DNA of 63,983 nt, the filler included, from Rhizaria sp. SCN 62-66 (Eukaryota): the NCBI GenBank assembly GCA_001724265.1. It is 4 parts of 4 records of this genome, joined end to end, with 100 filler letters (N's around TTAATTAATTAA, not from the genome) between each part and the next. Parts side by side here need not be neighbours in the genome. Positions count along the whole stretch, not along the records: positions 19,793 to 39,189 come from MEDY01000465.1; 3 more parts are not named here. One strand, 5' to 3'. A model generated the notes under the pieces. That model did not search any database. It was not told where the DNA came from and worked only from the letters and a program-made list of their open reading frames with translations. Positions 24,011-37,602 of the stretch are shown here, piece after piece (the first letter of the stretch is position 1; every line of letters starts with the position of its first letter). Both the position numbers and the translations under genes were made by a program.

Positions 24011-25281
24011 GCTGGGCCTGGCCTGGAGTCGAGAGCGAGAGGCGCTGAAGGGGCTAAGGGAAGACTGTGAGCAAGGAATGGATGCTTTGGAAGCGGTCTA
24101 TGGGTGAAGATGAGCTGCACAAAAAACATAATTCAAATATGGTGTAGGTTAAAAAGCGGAGTTTCGCGAAATCTTGGTGATTTCCGGTGGAATCATTAGA
24201 TTCTCACCCCATAGAGCGCGGAGATAGGTTCAAGGTCAAGTCAAGACGAACAGAGTGCCGAGGACCCTTAACGGCGCACCAGCACTGTCAGACTTCCGTC
24301 AATACAAATCTCATTATTACCGGCATATAGACGGCAGGAATGGCAATTGTTGCAAAAACGCACATATTTTTCACGACAATGTACGCGGCATGCAGAGAGG
24401 GAAATGGTTGGGCGGCGACCTATCGCGGAAGAAAAAGTTTTCGGCCCGACTTTTTTGCGAACCGCTCGTGTCAAGTCTCCGACCGCTAGATATCACGCTT
24501 GTTCAACACGTTCTCGTGTATATTTAGTGAAATAATGATGTTCTGAGAGTACCATATAGGACATCTACTGTTCTTCAGTTATTGTTTATCTATACTCGTG
24601 CAACTATGATCTGTACCACACCCCTGCATCTCCGAGGCGACTAGCCTCAACGCGTGTCAACTCAATACACAAACGTGACTCGACATCTATATAAAGCATT
24701 GGAGACATAACCAAGCAACGCTTTGAGATAGCATAACGATTTGTAACTTGGGAGTGTGTTATTTACTCTCCAGCATCCCGCAGCCCCGTGCATGTTGGTC
24801 GGACAGAGCTAACGCAGACAGCTGCTTGATCATGTGCCATTAGTCTGAACCTAGCCACAGAGCATGTGTCGTACCGATAGTGCATCTAAAACATACTCTC
24901 AGGTGTGTAGCATGTGCTATAGTACACTTTTACTTTTTACCACCGCGCGTGACAATCATGAATACGTTCATCATATCTCTTGTTACGACACTCCGCACCG
25001 CTTCTGCAACTCGCCGTTGATGTTCCATCTCTCAACCGGATTTCTCCGTCCAAGTCTTTTAGACAATCACGCCGGTCTTCCGCCGTATACCTGAATAGGT
25101 CATTTGTAATATTTTTTTGGCTACACTCCGCTTGCGCCTGACCACAGCGTCCCAGCTCACTTCCCCCGCGCCCCCCTTCCTCCTCACTGCCCCTCTGCTC
25201 CCCAGCACAACCACAACCCCCTGCCTTCGAACAGCCTTGCTCGCCCGCTCTCGCTCTGCATAGAGTCTGTCTCTTGCCGCG

Positions 25282-28200
25282 ATGTTCCGCCTCCGCGCCG
25301 CCGCCCTGCCCCGCGGCGCGGTCCCCACCCTCCCGGCCTTCCCCCGCGCTCCGCCCACCTCCACGACCTCCGCTGCAGCGAGCACAGCCACCACAGCCTA
25401 CACTCGTCCTTCTCGTTCTCTCGTCTTCTCTGCCTCGAGCGTTCCCTCCGCCCGCGTGGTCCACGTGGCCCTTGCACCCCCGCGGCGCGCATTCTCCGCG
25501 GGCACGTGGCGCGGCGCCTCGCTGCCCCAGTCGGCGCTCACCTCGCAGCTGCCCGAGGTCGCCGCCTTCGAGGCCGCGCTCGCCGCCGCGCGCTACGCGC
25601 CCGCCGCGCAGCAGCTCGAGCGCGCGGGGCAGATTCTCGCGGCCTTCCCGGCGCCCGGCGCGCGGCTGGACCTTCTGCTGCGGCGCGCGCGCCTGGCGCA
25701 GGCCCAGGGCCGCTTCAACGAGGAGGCCGACGCGATCACACAGGCGCTACGTATGCTGCCCGACTCCGCCACCGCCAGCGCCAGTGCAAACGCCAGTGTA
25801 AACGCCAGCGCCAGCGCGAATGCGGCGAGTGGCGGCGCTGCTGCAGGGGCGACTGCGGCCGCGGCGGACTGTGAGCTGCTGTTCAAGTCGCCTCTTGCGC
25901 TCGCTCTCGTGAGCAGCTGCAACACCGCCAACAGCAACTGCAAAAGCAACAACAGTAACAACGACGAGACTGCCGCTGCAACTGCGAGTTCGAGTGTGCA
26001 CTATGGCTCTGCACGAACAACCCCTCTGGGTCTGATCGGCACCCCCGCTCTCTGCCCCGTCTCCTCACTGCGGCTGTCACTGCTGTGCGCCCTCGTCCTG
26101 GCCATGCTCCGCGCCGGCAGGCCCTTAGACGCTCTAAGGGTCCTGGCCCCGCAACTCAAGCTCGCCGCCCTCGCGCCCGCCGCCGCCGCCGAAGCGGACA
26201 CCGGCGCTCTCGCCGCCGCCGCCGACGCCGACACCGACGCCGACCTTGCGCCGGAGCGGTGGTTTCCTCTGGCGACGCTGCTCGACCTCTCCGGTAAAGC
26301 CCTCTCGGCCCTCGCCGTCACCGCCACCAGCACTGGCGCTGGCGTGGGCGCTGAGTGCGGTGTGGCCGAGAGCGGCCGCGGTCGGACTGGAGACCCGCTG
26401 CCGCGGCTGGAGCGTGCCCTGGTCTCCGCGGCGGCCGTCGCTGTGGACGCCGCGGTTACCGCGCGCCTGTCGGAGGAGTGGGCCGCGTGGCAGGAGCAGT
26501 CGGGGGCGCGCAAGGGCGACGTCACGACTACGATGAACAACAGTAACAGCAGCGCTACTCCGTCAGCTCCTGCTGCTGAGTCTACGGCCGCCCCCACCGC
26601 CCCCGCTGGCCCCGCTGCGACTTCGACTGCGGCTGCTGCTGCGGCTGATACCGTGACTGCTGCTGACGGCGATGCGTCTAAGGGTGCCTTGCCCAAGTCT
26701 AAGGGGGGATTCAAGCTCACGCTTTCCTCCGTGGCCAAGGCCGCGCCCGGCACCCCCGCCGCGCCCGCCCCCACGCTACCGCCCCCGCCCACCTTCACTC
26801 AGAGCGACAAGGCGGCTGATGGCGCCGGCGCTGGCGCCAGCGCCAAGAGTGAGGCCGAGGCCGAGGCGGAGGCCGCGCTCGCCGCCGCCGCTGCCGCCGC
26901 CGCCGCCATCACCGTGGTGCCCCTGATCCCCGCATTCACCCCCGGCTCGAGCGCGAACGCCTCTAATGCTGCAGCTGAAGCTGCAACTGCGACGGTGGCT
27001 GCGCTGTCCGCCGTGACCGGGCTGCCGCCGTCCCTGCTACCAGACGCCCTGTGGCGCGCCGCCGCCCCCGCGCTCGCTGCGCACGGCCTCTCCCCGGAGC
27101 TCACTGCAGCGGCCCTGCGCGCGCACGCTGCCGCGCTCGCCGCCGCCGTGGGGCCTGCGCGTGCACTCAGGGCCGCGCTCGCAGTTGCCGTCGCCGATAA
27201 CAGCTCGATCTCCAGCAATAAGAACGACGGGGATGATCAAAGTCAAGCCGCGTTACTAAGCGTTCTGGAGACCGCGGCCGCCGTCGTCGCCCCGCCTAGC
27301 GCCGCCTCTGACGCGGCCGCCGCCTCTGGCGCGTCTAAGTGCCCGCCCGTGCGGAGCCCGTGGCAGGTGCAGAGCGTGGTCGACTCGAGCGTCGCAGTAC
27401 ATAGTCTGTTAGGCTCGGTCAAGGACGTGCTAGCGCTCGACAGCGGCAACAAGCGCGCCGCCGCAAAGGCCGCCGCGGAGCGCGTCGCCGCCCTCAAGAC
27501 CGCCGCTGCGGCCAGTGGCTTTGGGTTCGGCGCGGCGCCCTCCTGGGCCGCTCCGCTGGATCCCTGGTTGTCCCCGCTGCCCTCGTCAATCCACCACAAC
27601 ATCACCGATCTACCCAGCGACACTGACAGCGCCGCCCTCCTCGCTGAGGCCGAGGCCGCGGCCGCCGCCACCTCCGTTGCGAGCGCTGCCGCCGCGTCGC
27701 TGGCGCTGCAATGGGGCGCCGCCGTGGACGCCTGGTGGAGGTCAGCCGCGCTCCTCGCAAAGGCCCACGTCAACGGCGCCGGCGGGCTCTCGGTCACCGG
27801 CGCTGACGCCTCCACCACCAACGTAAACGCCCACACGAAGAACGACACTGCTGACGTCAGCAGCGGTGGCGACGGCATCGCGCCTGGGCTGCGGTGCCCG
27901 CTGCTGCATCTCGCGCCCGCGGGCCCGCGCGTCCCGGCGCTCGCGCTAGCGCTCGGGTCTCGCTCCGTCGCCAACCGCGCGCTGGCGCTGTCTCTCGCGC
28001 GCTGCGTGTTCCAGGACGCCGCGCTGCCCACGGGGCCCGCGCTCGCGCCCGCCGCCGCTGCCGCCGCTGCCGCCGCCTCTCAGTCTCAGAGCGCGGATGG
28101 CGATGATAACGCGGTTGTTGTGGTGAGCGTGGAGCAGGCGGGCTCTGCGGCCGCCGCGGGCGAATTGCGCGCGCACGCCCACTACCACACTGCCGAGAGC

Positions 28201-30334
28201 CTCGTCGCGCTGGCGTCGCTCATGGGGCAGGGCGACCCCGTCAGCGCCGAGGGGCTCTTCCGCGGCGCTGCCAGGGAGGTCGCAAAGGTCGCCAAGAACG
28301 CGCAAGGTACGGATAGATGTAGAGTCGCAAAGACATGTTTTAAGCTGCAATGTCAACATTAAAACGCGAAATGTGTGTGGATTTTTTTGTATTCATGTTT
28401 TATTCGAGCACTGTATTTTGTTTTTTCATATTGTTTATATGTTGCATATCGTCTCGTTTTCTTTGTTTCTGTGCTTTTTAGGGCTCGACCTGTCGCTGTC
28501 ACTGAGCCTGTCGCACGCGCGCCTGCTCTCGCGCCTCAGCTGGAACGCAACTTCCCGCTCCACCGAGACCTTCTCCCTGCTTGCGGCCGCGCGCGAGCTG
28601 GCCTGGGACGCCGCCGCCGCCGCGGGACTGCCCTCAGCGGCCGCCGCGAGCGCGCGCGCGGACGCCGGGTACCTCGTCGCGGTCACAGACAAGGCCGCGC
28701 GCGACGCCGTGGCCGCCGCCGACGAGGCCAGCGCCGCGCGCTCCGCCGCCGCAGCTGCCGCAGCAGCCGCCTCCGCAGCGGTGCGCGCCACCGCCGCAAA
28801 CATCGCGCAGCCCGGCGACGTGACCGTGGACAGCGTGGTCAACGGCGGCCTCGACGACGCCGAGACCGAGGACGCGACGTGGGCTGGCTACACCTCGAGC
28901 GCAAGCGACGACCCGCTGCCGGGCGTCGACAGCGAGCTGGACCTGGACCTCACCGCGCAGCTCGAGGCCGAGCTGGACGCCGAACGGCGCCACGGGGGCC
29001 GCGACGCGGGCGACGAGACGAGTGAGGAGGACTTAATGCGCCAGTTCAACGCGCAGCAGCCACGGCAGCAGCGGGGGCGAGACGGCGGAGCTGACGAGGA
29101 GCAGGAGCGGCTCGAGAGCGAGCTCGCCATGCAGGAACGCGAGCATGCGCGCCAGCTCCGCGCGCACAGCCAAGAGGCCGCGGGCTCACCCTTGGCCTCT
29201 GCGTCGGCGTCCGCGCAGGGCCCGTTCGGCGGCGCGTACGGCGACGGCGGCGACAGCGGGCTCGACTCGGACATGGAGGCCCTGCGCGCGCAGATGCGGG
29301 GCGCGGGCGCCGGTCGCCGCGGCGACGGCGGCGACGACGAGAACGAGTTCGCGCACCGGCACAGCGTGCACACGGTGGTGAGCAAGGACAACTTCAGCAA
29401 GATCCAGCGCCCGCGCGCGGCAAGCGACAAGGACAAGAGCGGTGACAAGGACAAGAATGGCGGCGACGGCGGCGCGGGCAAGACTGGGGCCGGTGCAGGC
29501 GTTGCTGTTACGACGACTGTGACGACTGTGACGAAGACCGCTGTGGCGAGCAAGACTGCTGCCGCTGCGGGTAAGAGTGCTGGCCAGAGTCACAAAGACA
29601 GCAAAGACGCTAAGTTTAACCACAAGACCCACGCCCGCGGCGCTGCCGCTAGCGGCTACAACAGCTACAACGACGACGGCGGCAATGCGCGCCGCTTTGC
29701 CACCACGGCGGCCGCTGTTGGCGTCAGCGCCAGTAGTGGCAGCTACAGTAGCAGCTATAGCTCCTTCGCCACCGCCGTCAACTCACTTTCTGTCAAGGCA
29801 CGCCAACAGCTAACGCTGCAGCAACAACAGCACGTTCAGCAACAGCAGTGGGAGCACCGACTGCGCGGCGACAACGTGCGGCTTAACTTTTCGTCGTCGG
29901 CGTCGCGTTTGTTGCAACCGCCGTCGCTGCCGCCCGCGCGCTGGTTCCCGGGCCGCACAGTACCGCTGGCCTTCACAGTGGCGACGGGACACGACTTGGT
30001 GCTGCCCCCCAGCCAGGGAGGGAAAGTTAAGCCGCTGCCGCGCCCGTGCCTCAACCTCACCCGTGTCAGCAACAAGAACGACACCAGTTGCAGCCGCGTG
30101 AATGCCGACGCCGACGCCGTGGCGAGCAGCGCCACCGCGCGCGCTGTCCTCGATAACAGCAGCGGTGACGGCGATGGTGACGCGCCTGGGCTTGTGTTGG
30201 AGCCAGGCAAGGTGGCCTTCGTTGCGCTGGTGACCGAGGCGATCTCGCCGCAAACGGCGTTCGTGCACTTTTACGACCGTCCCGCGGTGCTCCGCGGCGT
30301 TGCCGCCACGGACATCGAACGTTTCGCCATCTAA
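25282..30334 (+). CDS. Large Ala-rich protein with mitochondrial-presequence-like N-terminus and TPR-like helices, 1625 aa; join(25282..28306,28482..30334)
   Basis: N-terminus is Arg/Ser/Ala-rich with no acidic residues (MFRLRAAALPRG...RRAFSA). TPR-like segments: AAQQLERAGQIL...RARLAQAQGRFNEEADAITQAL and LVALASLMGQGDPVSAEGLFRGA. Phase-1 GTACGG...TAG intron at 28307-28481. Stop is TAA. Confidence 0.65.
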
Positions 30335-31269
30335 GTACGTCTTCTCTGGTCAACACACCACGGCGCGAAGTCGAAGCACAATCTTTAAGCACCATCATGT
30401 GAGTTATTTATTTGTAGCAAACAAGCTACTGATACTGTTCTATGTTTAAGTAATACCAAATGTATATATTGATACACAATAAAAGTTACACCTTCCAGTA
30501 GCAACACGAGTTCCCCGCTAAACCAAACGGTTACGTTGCTCGGCTTTGCGTTAGTGGTGACAAATTGCGTTGGTGGTGACAAAGATCTTGTCAAAGTTCA
30601 TGGAAATTCAGGTCGCTATAGAAGTATATTATGATTGTCGATTTGATAAATTTAGAGTTATTTTGTTTTATGACCTAATTTTCGTCGTAAATCCATTATT
30701 ATTCTTTGAGAAATTGCTTGTTTATGCCGTTTTTTCGACACCAAGTTCGGCCTCAATCTTGACTCGCTCGACAACATCTCTGACTGTTGCTGCTGCTCTC
30801 ATGTTGAGACTGAAACTGGCGCTGCTGTGGCATACTGAACCTGTATACTCTGCTGTTTTATGATTCGTGACGCTGAATGAATTATGGCAGAGGCAGGTGC
30901 GGTTGCGGCTAGCAACGGCGATCGACTAGCACTGACATGACATGACCAAACCCTCCGCAGGTTTGCTGATGCTGTTCCTTCAGTCGTGCGATGCCACAAC
31001 TGTTGCAGCCGCAACAGCGTACACCCATGACGTTTGGCGTGTTGAGGCTCTCGGCTTATACAGCAGCTACTGCGAGTCCTGTGGTCGGCACTCAAAGCTT
31101 CAACTTGAACCACTCGTCGTCGAGAAGTCGACATACTATACGTCTTAAACCCGACCGACCAAACAAAATTGACATAAAACAAACAATACCGCCCACTCAC
31201 ACACGTGTCATCAACTGTTCTTATTTTCCGCGACGCAAACCAGGTTTGCTTGCCTTTGCGCAAAGCTAG

Positions 31270-33677
31270 ATGTCAGAACTGGTGCTCTAGGTCCGTGCCA
31301 GCCTCCACGCCGCCATCGCCACTGCGCTCTCCGCGGCGCCGGACACGAGCGAGGCAGCGAAAACGTTGTTTGATGCTGTCCAGCGCTTTTTTACGTAGTG
31401 CCCCGGAGACGCTACGCGTGAAGTGAGTCTTACTTGTCTCAATACGGGCGTTGTCGACTGGTTGCTTATGGTGCTCGCACAAGATACGGCACTTCTTGCT
31501 GCCCATGTCAGGGATATGACGGAGGAATCTGAGCCCGACGACAATCAAGACGCGGAAGATGAGGAGGGCCAATATCTGAATGACATGCAATTAAATGCCA
31601 AGATCTCTCTTTTATCGATCTTCGCGAAGGAAAGTCTGATCGCTCGGTCTCTGATTATCAACCACAGGGCTCAAGGCGCGCACAATGCAGACGCTAACAC
31701 AACTACAACCAAGACTGGGCAGAGTTGCATTGACACCGATTCCCCAGACGTCGCTTCACTGCTGCTACCGGTTCTTCAGCTGCGTTTTTCTCCCTACATC
31801 GTTGCAATGGCGTTTGATGTCCTCGTGGTCGCCTTCAACCAGAGCACGAGGCTGCAGCAGCAGCGTCTGCTCGATCTGGGATACTTACAGCTCTTGTGTG
31901 GTCGTCGTTGTACGAAGGCGACCCTATCGAACTATGGAATTCAACAACTTCTGCGACACTTGATGGTTTTAAGTGAGGATTACTTCAGCGCCACACCCAA
32001 CATCGGCAGCACCCGCACGAACAGCTTCTCCCGTGCCTCAACGACCGTGAATGATCATAACACGAGCAGCGGAAGGTCTCAAGAGGCAGGGCAGGCGCTG
32101 CCGGCGTTGCCCACCGGCTTATCATACCGTGACCTCATCACGAGAACTGACATTCTCGCGCGCATATCGGCCAGTCTTTGTGGCTACGACATGCCGAAGA
32201 TTATTATCTCGCTGTATAGCCCTAAACGCGCAGATGTGAATTACTTAGGCCTCATTGAATCCGATTCTGAACATTTACGCGCTGTTCTCCAAGGCCACTT
32301 GATCGACCCAGTTTCAAACTTAACCTCGTTTCTCCGCAGCATCATGACTGCGGCGCACAGTAACACCGGTCACGGCGCGGGCGACGCGGCCAAGGCTATT
32401 TTCAACAGCCATATAGCCTTTAGGCGGCTTGCGATGCACGTCTGCTCTGTAGCTGAGTCCAGCGCGTCTGACTGGGGCATGGCGTGGTGTGAGGAAGACG
32501 ATGAAAGCCACGACACTGCAAAGTACGTCACGAGTTTGCACAGTCATTAGTCACGATCATATTGGGATTGAACACAATAACGACGAAATCTATGCAAAAC
32601 CCGCGAGTATTTTCAATGTGAAACGCATTTAAATTGCAATTATGCTTACGCTGCTTCTGTTGTGTCTAAATTGCCTAAATTTTAAACAGGGAAGTGCTCA
32701 AGGTGCTCGCAGCAGTTGCGACCCTGGGACTGAGCTACCAAAGGGCGGTGTTAAGCTGTTGCGCTCTGCACGCAGTGTATAAGTACATCGCTGAAGCACC
32801 TACAGCAAGTATGAACCTGGAAAACAACAGGTGGCGTGTTGCCAAGGCGACGATCACTGTATTCACCAACTTGCTGGCACATGCAAACATCTCAGAGAAT
32901 GGTAATGCTACCTGTGACAAAAATGCGAATACTAGCCGTAACACGGGCGAGTGCAATACTGACGGTTGGGATCACTGTTTTAACGTAGCTTGCTTTGCTG
33001 AACAGTTTAGTGTCGTTCGTTACCTCACCAGGACTCTTGTCGCTGCCGTCAGCAAGGGACCGGAGGCTCCGAAAACGTTGATTAAACACGTGGTGGCTCT
33101 TCTCTTTGTGTTTCTGACCTTGAACAATACGAACCTCTCGCGTGTACTCCAGAAGAAGGTAATGGTGACACTTAACACGTTGTCATCTCTTGATTACAAC
33201 TCTGACTTTTTTAATGTGACTGATGTGACTCTTATTTCTGCGGCAGGTGGCGAAAATGACTGCAGCAACAGCAACGGCGAGGGCAGTGCGTCCCTCGGCG
33301 ATGCCGACCCTGAGGCCGGTGACTGCGGCGGCGACAGCGACTTTGACGCACTGCTCATGGGCCAGAGGGGGCGCCGGTGGAAAGCCATTGACTGTGCGGA
33401 TCCAAAGCACGACGCCAACGGCAATTACATCGGCGGCTACGACTGCGTCTTCAAGTTCCACCTCTACACCGATGACGATGTGAATGCGCTCGACCAGTTC
33501 CTCGATGCCGGCGGCCTGGACGCACTGGCACGGATCAAGCTGACTCCGAACATTGGAGACCGTCGGCTAACCGCTCGCGATATCAGTGTCGTCAGGTACA
33601 GCAGCAGCACTGGATTTGAGCAGTACCGTAATTTGTGCAAGTTCTTGGCAGAGTGTGGCGAGGTCGTGAACAAATGA
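31270..33677 (+). CDS. Armadillo/importin-alpha-like helical repeat protein, about 746 aa, with in-frame TAG codons at 31288 and 31396; join(31270..32522,32690..33677)
   Basis: ARM-like segments: CLNTGVVDWLLMVL, QQRLLDLGYLQLL, QRAVLSCCALHAV, QFLDAGGLDAL. Phase-2 GTACGT...CAG intron at 32523-32689 joins the two ORFs. Stop is TGA. Start is uncertain: ATG 31270, or ATG 30991 which adds a third TAG at 31267. Confidence 0.6.
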
Positions 33678-33973
33678 TCGAAGTGGGGCTTCATGTCAAC
33701 TTGAATACACACAAAGCAAGCTTGATCACGATGTATTATTTTGAGACAGACATTGGTTTCAAGAGTGGATTTTGTATTCATAATATATCCACAAGACACA
33801 TTGTACGCGCGATAATCAAGCTGCATCGTCCACTATCACAGTTCAATAACATCACATTGTGTAACCTCAGTAACTCTAATCACTAACGACGCACGCCAAC
33901 ATTGCGCTGGTACAGGCTCTGGCCCTCTGGTCCTCTGCGATCTCAAAACCACGCGCATCACCGCGTCGCGTGT

Positions 33974-34686
33974 TCACTGCGCCTTCTTCGCGCTGGCGGC
34001 GGGCCCGCGCACGGCGGGTGTGAGCGAGCACGAATGCAGGTGGTGGGTCGAGTCGACCTTCTCCGCGCGTGCGCCGTGCGACACGTAGTTCCCAGCAGTC
34101 TCGCTCTCCAGTGGCAGCGGGTAGAACGACGGGTTCACACGCCCCCATAAGCGCTGGCCGCGCGCGTCGGCGTCCATGCCGGCCGCGGCCGTGGCGGCGG
34201 CGGAGGCGGCGGAAGGGGCGGCGCCGGTTCGGGTGCCCATCTGCATCGTGGGGCGCCCGCGGTTGATCTAAGCGGAACGAAACAAACGCAAATAAGAGAC
34301 AGTAGTGAGCCTAAAAAGCCACAAACAACTATTTTCTGGTGAATGGCATGCGGTTCGTGGAGAAACCTGAAGAATGAGCGCATTTGATGGGAGAACGGAG
34401 GACGTACGTAACGCTGCGTCTGTTGAACCTGGGTGGTGGGTGTCCAGTTCTCAGGGCCCTGGAAGTTCTCCGTGTAGAGGGACGAAGGCTTGTCCTCAAC
34501 GGGAGCAAAACGAGTAGGCTTGGTGACGGGGCCGGTAGCGCCCATGTCGAGCTCAGCGCCCGTGGCGGCAGCTTTGCGAGCAGATGCAGCAGCCTGACCA
34601 ATCTTGGTGTCGCTGGGCTTCAGGTGTTCGTCGCCAGGGCAGACCCACCTCTCTCGCCAGCTCCAACTACCAACGGGTAAAGACAT
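33974..34686 (-). CDS. Uncharacterised 190-aa protein, possibly a ciliary microtubule-associated protein; complement(join(33974..34267,34408..34686))
   Basis: Phase-0 GTACGT...TAG intron at 34407-34268 gives a continuous frame ending in TGA. Short motifs SLYTENF and SETAGNYVSH recall microtubule-inner-protein repeats (function is inference). Confidence 0.6.
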
Positions 34687-35611
34687 TGATACGTGTTCTC
34701 TTGTTCTAGCCAAAAAACGGACCAATCAACGGACTCCTCATCGAGTATGACCTTATCAAAATCGGACCGTTACGCTCCGCCTTCCTCGGTCCGCCCTACA
34801 GTCGTTTCGCCACAAACGCTATCAACGGAACAATACCTGGCATAACATGAGCTATTAATTGTTCTAAGAGTTATAACTGCGTTTTTAGGCGATAAATGTT
34901 GCTGATAGAACGTATACTCTTTGGTTACATCTGTACACAATGCTTCTGATGAGAAATACACCTGAATCAGGCAAAGTCACTTAAAGCGTTGGCACGCAGG
35001 AGGGAGGATTGCAGAAAGTTTGAACGTGTATTTCGGATGTTACAGGTTCTTGAAAGTAAATACCATACACTGCAGCACACAAATCGCAGTACGGCACCGG
35101 TTGAAACGGGAAAGCTTGGGGGGAAACGAGGGCAAAATGACAAGGATGAAGAGCAAGGAAGAAAACGAGCACGAGGATAATGCTCGCACCGCAGGCACAT
35201 AACGAACTGAGACACACCTCCCAGGGCAGGCGTCCAGTTGTATATGCGCCGTGTGGATGCAAAAACAGGTTCAAATGCGCACAACAGACAGACAACGCAA
35301 GCGCAGAAGCCACATGACTCTGAAAAATCATAGACTGATAGACACACTGCAAGGATCCGCATGTTTGCGCGCCGTCGCGACCGAAGAGAAGCAGCAACAA
35401 AGAAACAAATGAAAACAAGGAAAATGCACTCGAAAACAAAAAAGAAATGATATCAAGAGTCACTGTACAATCGGAAACAAAAGGCGGTGTCGTTAAGTTT
35501 ACCAGGAGTCAAAAAAAAAGTGATTATTGAATGACGACAAATAGAAAGACAAAAAGATAACAAGAATAGAGATGCATGTAAAGTCTGCTTTTGTTATATC
35601 TCCCTCGCGCT

Positions 35612-37602
35612 TCACGCGGAGGGCACGAGCTTAGCGTAGGCCTTGGCGTCGACGAGGTGGCCGAACTTGAAGTGGCGCGGGGTGCCCACGTCAGGCCCCG
35701 TCACACCGCACACAGCGCCCGTGGCCGCGCTCGTGGAGGGCCGTTGGGGCACAAAGGCCTCATGCGCCTCAGTGCCATACTGCGCACCGTGGATGCGCGG
35801 TAGTGAGAGGTTCGTCGTGATGCAGGCGTAACTTGAAGAAAAGTCCCCCGGGTGGAGCGACAGCAGCAAATCCTGCACGGCCGCGGGAGCCAGCACGCGG
35901 TCCGCCGGCAGCGCCGTGCCGCCCGCGCGCACGGGCCCGCGATAAAGCTGCGAGCGCGCGTACAGCAGCGCCTGCGACTGCATCGCCTGCTCGCCGCCGC
36001 GCGTCGACCAGCCCTGTGAGCAGCCAGCAGCACCCGCCGCCGCAGCTGCACTCGCGCTCGCACTGGCGGCGGCGGCGGCGTAGGCGGCCGCCGTGCGGTC
36101 GGGGGAGCCCGAGGCGCCGCCGACGGGGATCGCGGTCGCCGCGAACGACAGCGCAGCGCGTGCGCCGTGACGGGACAGCGTCGCGCGGCTCGGCGGCGTC
36201 GCAGGCGGGCGGTCCGCCCCGCCTCGCTGCTGATGCTGGCTGCTCTGTGAGCTCGCCTGAGACTGGGACTGGGACTGCGTGAGCGCGCGCGAGAACGGCA
36301 TGCGCGCCTCCGAGTGCGCACGCGCACGCGCGCTGCCGCGAGCTCCAGCCGGTCGGCCGGTGCCAGTGCCGTTGCCGTTACCGTTGCCGGTGCTGCCGGC
36401 GCCAGAGAGGATCCCGGCGCGTTTCTCGTTTCCGGCGGCGACTGCGGCGGCGCGGGCCTGCGCCTGGACGCGCGCGCCGGGCTCGAGCACGGGCAGCGTG
36501 CCCGTGAGCGCGCAGTGGCCGGGACTCCAGCGCAGCGGCGAGCCCACCGTCAGCGGCGGCGACGTCGCCAGCGCCGCCAACGCGGCCGGGGACGCGCCGA
36601 GCGAGCGCGCTGTGAGCGCGAGCGTGTGCGTCGGGGACGTCGTGAGCGCGTACAGAGGCAGACCGCCCGCGTTGGCCGTCTTGTCCTTGTCGTGCGCGGT
36701 CTGGCTCTTGGCGGGGGACGGGCTGGCGTTGCTCCCGCCGGCCGCGCCGGTGCTCGCGGGGGAGTAGGACGGGGCGGCGTCGATGGTCGCGAAAGAAGTT
36801 AGGCCGCCGGGGGACGAGAGGCCGTACGCGGCGCGGGCCTCGGCGAGGTACTCCTTCTCCAGGGCGCGGTCGCGCGCGCGGCGGGCCGCGTCTGTGTGGC
36901 GCTGGGCCTCGAGAGGCTTCGTACCAGTCGCAGCCTGAAGAGCAACGTGAACAGCAAGAATGAAAATGAGAGATTTAAGAACATGGACAGATTAATATGA
37001 AAATTTAATAGATGATATTCGTACTATAACTCGTTTAAAGTTCAGAAATATTCATATAAATCTGGCACGGCGTATATATACGGCGGAATTGTTCGAGTCC
37101 GTACCTGTCCGATGCTGGTGTAGGGGTGCGCGAGTGGGTTGAGCGCGGACGCGTCATGCGCCCTGAACGGGGCCGTGGTCGCCTTGTCGTCACCCAGGAC
37201 GCCAGTGCCCATCAGCGCCTGTGTCTGTGCGGCGGGCAACAGCTCCTTGGCGGGGAACTCGATTGAGTAGGTCGTCAGCTCGCGCGGGTACGCCGAAAGC
37301 ATTGTGTTGCCCTGGATCGACGAGCCTGCGAGCGCAAGCAAGTGCGCGTCCGGGCGCCGTTGGGCGTAGCCCGCCAGGCACGCGGCGCGCGCGGCGCGGT
37401 GCTGCTCGGCCGCTGCAACCGCCGCGGTCGACGCCATCGACGTGGTCGAAGACGGTGAGGACGAGGACTGTGACGTGCTGGATCCGTAACTGGCGTTGTT
37501 GTTGTGGCGGGCCAGGCTGCCGGGGACGCTCGGCTGGCGGTGCGTGTGGGACAGCGGCACAGTGGGGTCGTATTCCAGCGGGTTGAACACCTCGGTTGAC
37601 AT
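35612..37602 (-). CDS. Uncharacterised 606-aa protein with MIP/SAXO-like short motifs; complement(join(35612..36934,37105..37602))
   Basis: Phase-0 GTACGG...CAG intron at 37104-36935; open frame to TGA. Motifs TTYSIEFP, YGTEAHEAFVP and HFKFGH. Confidence 0.65.

Noticed and set aside
32548-32550. TAG ending ORF 31423..32550 as a counter-example of TAG used as a real stop
   Set aside because: It lies inside the GTACGT...CAG intron 32523-32689; the spliced gene ends at TGA 33677. The TAG ending ORF 6784..7383 is likewise intronic.
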